64,000 bases of DNA from Antedon mediterranea (lineage: Eukaryota; Animalia; Echinodermata). Below, piece by piece: positions 56,036 to 64,000 of the stretch (positions are counted from its first letter, which is position 1; each line of letters opens with the position of its first letter). The stretch covers positions 5,012,201 to 5,076,200 of the forward strand of contig NC_092670.1 in NCBI RefSeq assembly GCF_964355755.1, written 5' to 3'. Position numbers and translations under genes: made by a program. The notes beneath the pieces were generated by a model, which saw only the letters and a program-made list of their open reading frames with translations, was not told the DNA's origin and ran no database searches.

Positions 56036-59000
56036 ATGGCGACAGAAAATGGGGTAAGTTTATAACTTTTTAACTACGTTAACAACAACCCAAATTAAAA
56101 TGTTGTCAATAACAAAACCATGGTTATTATTAATAAACATTACAGTGTAGTTGACAATTTAGTTTGTAGTAGAGCATATTGCCGTTTGTTGTTAGCCTAC
56201 TAGGCCTATCCTCCTACCTAGCTCTCGCCTTTCCACGACGGTCGTGGGAAGGTGCGTAGGCGTTTCTGTGGTTTATACGAAGCAAGTAAACCTAGTCAGG
56301 CCTAGGATTTTGGTACCCAAACAATCTGTTAAGAACACTGCCATTGTTTAAGGGCCAACATTTTGTATTGTTGATCCAAGGTGATCATCAGATCCTGCAA
56401 TGTATAGTGTCACTTAATTAAGTGGAAGATTCTGGAAACTGAGTTAGGAATTCCAGACATTCCATCCACCAAGGCAACCTGAAACAATGTAAAGATGCTC
56501 GTTCTTGCTTGAGACACCAGAGCATGAGTGTGTACTTGACTTATGAAGAGCTGATGAATGCTAGAATCCTTGAGGCAAATCTTTGTATGCAGTTTTTCAC
56601 CATCTAAATAAATTTATAGACGGACTGAGAGACAATATCTACTGTAGTGTAGTGTAATTTTTTTTTCTTGTCAACATTATTTGGATAACATCCTATCGAA
56701 TTAAATATGAAGGTAAGCATGTATGTAGGATTGTGTATATTTTGTTTGTTATTTAGGATGTGCTGTGACGATGATACAAATTTTACAATGATTTAGAATT
56801 GTAAAATAAACATTTGTTTTCTTATTATTATCACTTGTTCTCCTTCCACCAACTCACCCCTCTCCAAAAACACCCCTCTCCAAAAACAAAATAATACTGT
56901 TAAATAAAAAAAAATTCCCTTGACGTTGAATTATTTTACTAATTCCTACTGTATGAGGAACAATTTTTCAAAATATTTCTGATTTAATGAAATAAGATAT
57001 AATAATAATTAATACATTTTCTTTAGGTTTCGGAAACATTGCATATTAAGCAAGAGGGCAATGATTTCTTCAAGGCTGGCAAGTATGATGAAGCCCTAGC
57101 ATGCTACACACAGGCACTTAAGCTAAGCCCAGCTGGCAGCAAAGACAAGGCAGTGTTTTATAAGAATAGGTCTGCTTGTCATCTGAAACTGGAGAATTAT
57201 GGTAAAGCCGCGCAAGATGCCTCATCAGGTATTGTAAAAATATTTTAAAAAAAGATTGGGCCTACAGTAGTTAATGGAAAAGAAAAGCATTTGTAATTAT
57301 TGCGAAACCCGTTGTTTACACTTAATTGCTTTAATATACTGTATTAAATTTTAGTAAAATTGTTATTCTGTTCATTTTAACTTCTTTTACGTACAGTAGC
57401 TCAAGTGAGTACTTGTTAAATTTATTATATAATACAATTTAATATTTATTATGAAATAAAGTTTTTATTATTTTTAGGCTTTGTTCTTTATTCCCTGAAA
57501 TCTCGCCTCACAAGAAATGAGCATTCTGTTTTCTAACTTAGTATTATTCTTCAATATTCATTATTAATATTTCCAGGGAGGGTATACATTGGATATGCCA
57601 CCTTGCAGTCTGTGATTGAATGTCCTATGTGACACCGACAAACATAAAAATATCTAACTTGAATCTTTACTTTAGCTTTAGATATTGAGCCTGCAGACGT
57701 GAAGGCACTTTTCCGTAAGTGTCAAGCACTTGAGAAGCTTGACAAGCATACAGAAGCTTACAAAGAAGCACGTAGGCTTCAGCAACTTGACCCAAAGAAC
57801 ACGGCAGTACAAAGCCTGCTACAACGTCTAACTGTACATATTTCACAAGTAGTAAGAATTTATGTACATATTTGTTGTTTGTGTGTGTTTTCGAAAACAG
57901 GACTTGAATCCATAACCTGCTGATCACTAGTCCAGTAACATTTTCTTTTTTGAAAGAGCTATAATGTAGTTTCACAAGTCCATGTCTTTGTATGTCTAGA
58001 GCAAGAATCTAGGGCAAGCAATCTGTAAGTGTAACCTAAGGTTGGGTTCTACTCATGCATCCAGTAATGACCACATTTTGGAATCAATCAGATTGGTTCC
58101 AAATACTGATACAGCATTTTGAATACCAGAAAAAGAAATTTTGAACTAGTAGTGTTACAATATTAGTGTATTAATTTATATTTTTTTACTTGCAGGCCCA
58201 ACAAACTGCAAAAACAGATAACAAAGTGTCTTCCATGTTTACTACTTTATCAAGATCAGAGGCAGATGGTGAAACAAGAAAACAGGTAAACCAATTCAAG
58301 CAACATACAGTTTGAATTAAAGACCTCTTATTTGTATTTAAATAAAGTTAAAAATTGATTCGCAATTAATTATTTTATGTTAATTCATATCCAGGCAGCA
58401 AATAACTTGATTGTTCTGGCCAGGCAACCGGCAGGTGCTGAAAAGATATTTCAAGAGAATGGAGTCTTTAAACTACAAAGGTATCTTGATGATCCTGATG
58501 AGGAACTTGTTGTGGCAGTTCTTAGAGTCTTCTCCTGCCTTTGTACAGGGCACCAATCAAGAGTAAGATGTTTTTTTGTTCAAGTGTAGTGTTGCATCCG
58601 TTTTGAAATAAAGTTGTTATTATTAGTATTACTATTGTAGATTCATCATGATTTTTCTGTAATGTAAGTTTAGTTGAAGGATTTAATTTTTCTTACTGCA
58701 CATTAAACAAAAAAAATTAGAGAAGTGAGAACTATTGTATAACCGTTTATGCTGTCTTTGATGAAAATAATATTGGTTTAAATCCAATCTGTTAACGATA
58801 TGATCAATAAAAACAATAAATCGTTTATCGCTATGATATGATTTCTCTTACTAATACTAAACTAATATTATTTACATCAAAGGCAGCATAGATCTATGAT
58901 GAAAACTTCTAATGCATACTGTATATTGATCAAGTTTTTGTCGATTATTAAATGCCAGGAAAACATAACGTTTTGCATAGGCACACAAGCTGCTAATTGT

Positions 59001-60915
59001 ATTAAAGATAAGGATAGCTTGTGCTTATTCCTTCTGTTTGCTCTAAGACCTCTACCACTGTTGCATGCTATTTCAACACCTCTTTCTGAACCCAAAGCAG
59101 TGCCTGATTCAGTATCAAAAATATGTTTTTTTTAAATTTATACTAACAAATATCTTTTTATTAATATTATTTTAATCATAACAATAAATATTTAAAAAAT
59201 ATATATAAAATAATAATTATCGCATATATACGGTCTAGGATAATTAATTGTTATATGTACAAAATCAAACATCGTATACTCTATCTCTAACAATATTTCA
59301 ATCTTCTATCGACTAAAGCCGAAGTATAGTTGTTATCTTGGGACCTATAGTCACCACCAGGATGGATGACGAGTTGGGAGCAGGAACGCTAGTAGACCAA
59401 ATCCAGTACCGTTTTGATTACGATCATGCGGGAAATTACCTCACAACGGTATGCAATGCTATTTCTTCACAAATAAATATAACATTGTATAACACTCTTT
59501 TTTTTTATTATAGGCATTAGCAGTACTAAAAGAGCTAACATTAAACAGGTTAGCCAAATACATAGGTTCACAAAAAGAGAGTATATGCAATGCAGCAGGA
59601 AATATTCTTTTCTGTAGCATTTCTAGTATGCTGAAAAAAGACACAAACGAGCCAAAAGGAGCAGAAGAGGCTGTTGTTTTAGGTATAGTAACATTATGTC
59701 AGGTTGATGAGTGAATATTAAAAGTTTGACCAGTTTTAATTACATAATGTGCTGATTAAGTTCACTTATAAGATATAAGACTAACTAAAAGTTTAGAAAA
59801 TTGAAAACAAACACTATTTTGAACAGTGTTGGATTTTGCACCTTTCTTAAATTGCTAGAGACTGGTTAGTCCCACTCAAACAACCCATACAAGTATTAAT
59901 AAAACTTTCTATGTATAGTAGGCCCATAGCCAGCCAATGTTTTAACAGGACACACCCATTGATTGTTTACTAGGTCAGACTTCCTATCATATTATTTAAA
60001 TATTTATAAAATTCCATATCATTAAAATGCTAAAGATGACTAATAATAACAATGTTGTATGAATGCCCCTACCTCCTGCCCCAAAGCCTGCAGTTCCTTC
60101 TCTTACAACTGTACCTCTTTACGCCACATGACCATGAGATTCTCCAATATTTAATTTTATAAATAAATTAAAAAATGTCTCCCACTGATTTTGTATTCAA
60201 TACAAGGCTTTTTAACCTTCATCTCTTGTACAGATTTAACTGGTGAAATTAAAGAGTTAATGATGTTTTTCCTCGGTCTGCTTACGGACAAAGACATATC
60301 AGGGTACGGGAGAGATGCTGTCATCGATATCATCATTAAATTTCTTCCTAAAAAAGAAGGAACAGGCCGTGCAATGACATTCATAACTAATGGAGGTAAT
60401 TTTATTTTAATTCACTAAAAAAACATTTTTTTTAATCTGTTTCTGCCAAAAATTAGGAAAGGTATAGTATAAGGAAAAAACTGAATTTACTAATGATGAT
60501 AATTTCTGAACAGATACAGCGGTGATAAAGTCCCTGCCCAGTTGGTATTGCATTGCGGTTACCTAGTTAGCTCTCTAGTTGTATGATACCTAAATGATCT
60601 TCTTCTTGGTAACTGAAGGATTCGTTACGTGTTTACATCACGAGAAATAAAGAATATGAACTTTTTATGCGACTTTTTAATTTATAATTCATTTAGTAAA
60701 AGCCAAAAATAAGTTATTAACAAAAAACTTTGAAATCGTATTACAGGTTTAACAAAGTTACTAATTGTTGCCGGGCAAATTCCCGAATTAGAAAAATTAC
60801 ACACTACGAAACACACTGCAATGCATTCGTCGGTGGCGCTTTCCAAGATCTATGAAGAGATGACGGGAGATAAGAAACGAGAGTACTATCGCGATATGTG
60901 TGAAAAATTTATAAG
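56036..60915 (+). CDS. UNC45: UNC-45 myosin chaperone (TPR + central domain), 5' part; continues beyond the right edge
   Basis: Exons 56036-56053, 57027-57228 (KQEGNDFFKAGKYDEALACYTQAL...YKNRSACHLKLENY, TPR), 57676-57851 (DVKALFRKCQALEKL), 58196-58285, 58395-58562 (AANNLIVLAR..AGAEKIF), 59514-59682, 60234-60395 (ISGYGRDAVID), 60747-60915; all GT-AG and phase-consistent. Confidence 0.93.
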
Positions 60916-60925
60916 GTAAGACATC

Positions 60926-61515
60926 TTAAAGGCCAGGTGCGGGCAAAACATTTCTATTGATCATACATTCCAATAATTATCGATCTATAGTTTCCCCTAT
61001 GTTTCATAATTTTTGGAATTTTATTTGTGTTACACAAGCTTGTTGAAAATCAGCACTTTCTTATCAGTGGGGGGATAGTTCAAATTACACAGTAAAATCT
61101 CTATTCTTTTGTACACAAATTTTGTAAATATAGAGACATTTTAAAACGCTCTGAAAAATAAACAGTGTGGTAAAAAATGTTATCAGATGAATAAATATAG
61201 GTAATATAACTTGAATATTACATTTCTGGTATTTTTATTCAACTTCAGATTTTTATTTTCATGCTATAGCAAAAAATATCCACCATCTTTTTTCACCTTC
61301 TAGGGAGTCACCAGACATGTTATTACATTAGGTTAACTACCTAACTACTGAAAAAAAGTCTTCTTGGTTTTTATGGAAGAATTTTGCCAATTTTGTATTT
61401 GACCATATTAAGGGAAATTCATGTTTTTTCGTCTTGATTTCTGTTACACATATTTGATTTATATACAATTAACCAAATATTATATTTAAAATTCATGCCT
61501 GTACCTGAGCTTTAA
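60926..61515. mobile_element. TTAA-flanked non-autonomous TIR element (Kolobok-like)
   Basis: TTAA|AGGCCAGGTGCGGGCA ... TGCCTGTACCTGAGCT|TTAA imperfect TIRs; an internally deleted homolog lies at 8848-9169. Confidence 0.7.
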
Positions 61516-61849
61516 ACTTGTCAGTGTCATGGATGAGTGCCTTTTCCATTCACAAAAACTAGAAATTTAAAATATTTTAAAACTCGGTTCCCACCAGATG
61601 CGATGCAGAGAGTGACACTTCCAGTGTAAATAAACAAATCAATGGTAGTGAATGTGGCACGCTTAGTTTTAAAAGTTGATTCTTATTTAAGTTTTTGAGA
61701 TTAAGCAAGCAGTAGTCCAAAGGCACAATTAAAGATATACCTAAATCTTTTGATAGGAAAAGAACTTCCAAGTAAACAGTTTCTGATGGGAAACATAATA
61801 GTCAGGCAGCATTTGTATTTTACTTCATATATTTAGCCAAGTTTGATTT

Positions 61850-63860
61850 TTCACTTTTAAGTGATCAAGGACATCACAACGAACAACTTCCAACTTGTTG
61901 TCCAAATTCTAAACGCGTTTTTCATTCGCTGGGGGCGCTTTTTCAAAATGGCCGCTTATGCTATCAACTACTTATATCTCGGCAACCACTAATCGTAGAG
62001 ACTTGGTTTTAATCTTAAAATGTTTGTAAGGTACATATTTCTATTTACTCTAATGGAATATTTTGACCAGAAATGACTGAAAATGCCATTTCTGACCATT
62101 TGACCTTTGACCTTCTATCATCATATCTCGGTAACTAATGGTCACACAGACTTGAAATTTGTTTCAAATTGTTCGCAGTATGCCTTTTTATATTTACTGT
62201 AATTAAATGTTTTGTTTTAAAGCAAACAGAAATGCCATATCTGACCTCTTGCCCTAATGCATGTAATATCCACAACTGAGAGACTATAGATTTGTCTAGT
62301 ATTGTTTATAACTTGTACCGGTACTTGTGGTTTTGATGATCTCCCTTGTTCCAAAATCAATATTTCAAATCACCAATTTCTATAAGAGCTTCTGGTGCTG
62401 GTGGATTGTTGCAAAAAACCGGCTTCAAGTGACCATCTTCTAGTTGCCAGGAGTAGTCAGTTGCTGGTGGAATAGATGGAGTTGGCTTGCATGATGAATT
62501 CCATACAATAGACATGTAGTATGCTCTTTCCACGTGTAATCTAAGAGTTCCCATGGTTGGAGGTAATTGTTGTCCTTCCTTGCCTTTCTGTGCAAATAAC
62601 ATCCATCTCAAGTCTGTGACATAATCTGCCTTGATCTTAGAAGTACTGTATAATATGCAAACATAATTATCTTTCCATTTGCCTGAAAATCTAATTTGGT
62701 ATTTCAGAGGTCAGTCCATATACAGCAAATGCATCTAGTATTTCATCGTCACATTTCAAAAGTGCTTTGAAATGGGCGGACACTCCTTTTCCAGCAAATG
62801 TACAAGTGTTATCTGTACCTTTAAATGCGTACCATCCAATCAGTGCTGCTGATATTTGTTTTCAAAGTCGGTAATAGCATTCCCATATAGGTATTTTTTC
62901 CCTTCTTTTCCTACAAAATGTGGTCATTGGAGGAAGTAGAGGATAGCTTCCTGTTAAAAGGATAAAGATATCAGTATCTACAGAAAATGTCAACATTGGC
63001 ACTTGGGTCTTTGTTCATACAATCAAAGGCATACAATAAGACCAGTTGGTCCCCTTCTTCCAATGTGTGTTGTCCGTATGTCATCTCTGGCATCATGATA
63101 ACTTCTGAGAGATTGCAGTTTGCCATCATGGACGTGTGATGTGTTACTAGGACCTTCTTCGTGTTGTTCTTGAAGTGATTAGGTATCTTCTCTGACAGAT
63201 ATTTTGTAAGTTCAGCTTTGGTCTCTTTGTGCGATAAAAATGTCTTAATGTTCTTAATCTTAGTGTTGTCATTGACATGGTAGTGAATGGTAGTTGTTTT
63301 CTGTGTTCTCTTATCTCGTGTAGATTCTTTTAAAGATCATGATAGATATTGATCAAATAAAAGACGAACTTCATCATATGGTTTGCTCAGGTTAACAAAT
63401 TCAGATGCAAAGTCAGAAGCATTGAGCTTATCAGACACCTTTTTTACCATATTGACGACACACATGCCATCAATAATTAGGATTGATGCTGCTTTTTATC
63501 ATCTTTCTGTACAGACCTGCTGACATTATCTGGTAGAGGGAGTTCTGTTATTGACTGCAATACCTTGGATTTTCCAGAAAGCATTATCATTCTTCCATCT
63601 GGATGGAAATTTGATGGTGGAGTGCTATTGTACTCATAGTTGCCTATGACATCCTTTAGAGCGAACTCTGGCCTGCTCTTCGCCACAACTAACAATCTAG
63701 ACAGCAGCTTTCTCTCTTGATTAATTGAAACTAGTTGACCTTTAATTTTGGTTTTCACCACTGCTCCTACATGCTTGAAATAAGAGAAGTTGTTTTTCTT
63801 TTGAGGGTCCCAAAATGTTACGGTTTTTTCAACCATTCGTGAATTTATCCAATGCTTCTT
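61850..63860 (-). mobile_element. Decayed DNA-transposon-like element encoding a FEN1/XPG(PIN)-like nuclease, in UNC45 intron 8
   Basis: Intronless, frameshifted and stop-interrupted ORF 62357-63836 with ILIIDGM, VRLLFDQY, SLKESTRDKR, HTLEEGDQL, SVDTDIFILL, ALIGWYAFKGTDN..FAGKG and LPPT..TLRLHVERAYY..IVW. Subterminal repeats (TTCAAAATGGCCGC, ATATCTCGG x2) at 61940-62140. Confidence 0.75.
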
Positions 63861-64000
63861 TTCCTAATTGGTCTCGCTTTTCAATCGTTTGACTGACATC
63901 ATCGGAGGTTACCATGCCAGGCACTGAGTTGGCTTGGCACTGAGTTGGCTTGTCACTGAGTTCCACGGGGATCTCACCAGGCTAGCATTGTTTGCTAGGT

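Noticed and set aside
58890-59110. Intronic C/D snoRNA or SET-domain fragment
   Set aside because: Box C to box D spacing is too long with no terminal stem; the peptide resemblance is too short to support.

Overview
AT-rich, intron-rich animal (invertebrate) genomic DNA. Five spliced protein-coding genes can be assembled by hand from GT-AG boundaries and reading frames. (1) An insulin receptor substrate (IRS; PH + PTB domains + RxRxxS sites) lies on the minus strand from a promoter near 39.9 kb and runs off the left edge. (2) A three-exon GPI-anchored Ly6/uPAR three-finger protein at 41.3-43.0 kb is absent from the ORF track. (3) An 11-exon amidase-signature enzyme of bacterial-like type has two candidate first exons. 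(4) ADAT2 contains a U12-type intron with apparently non-canonical GT-AT ends. (5) UNC45 lies head-to-head with ADAT2 and runs off the right edge. Introns hold many MITEs, SINE/LINE fragments and minisatellites, plus a decayed element encoding a FEN1/XPG(PIN)-like nuclease. The most unusual signals are: short mobile units carrying complete tRNA-like cloverleaves stacked at one TATATAGGTA site; pervasive TACAGTA/TACTGTA 5-bp insertions that match Tc1/mariner excision footprints; two paralogous IRS micro-exons each carrying an RxRxxS-EGE motif; and a possible TPR-less UNC45 isoform. All gene models are manual and lack transcript support.
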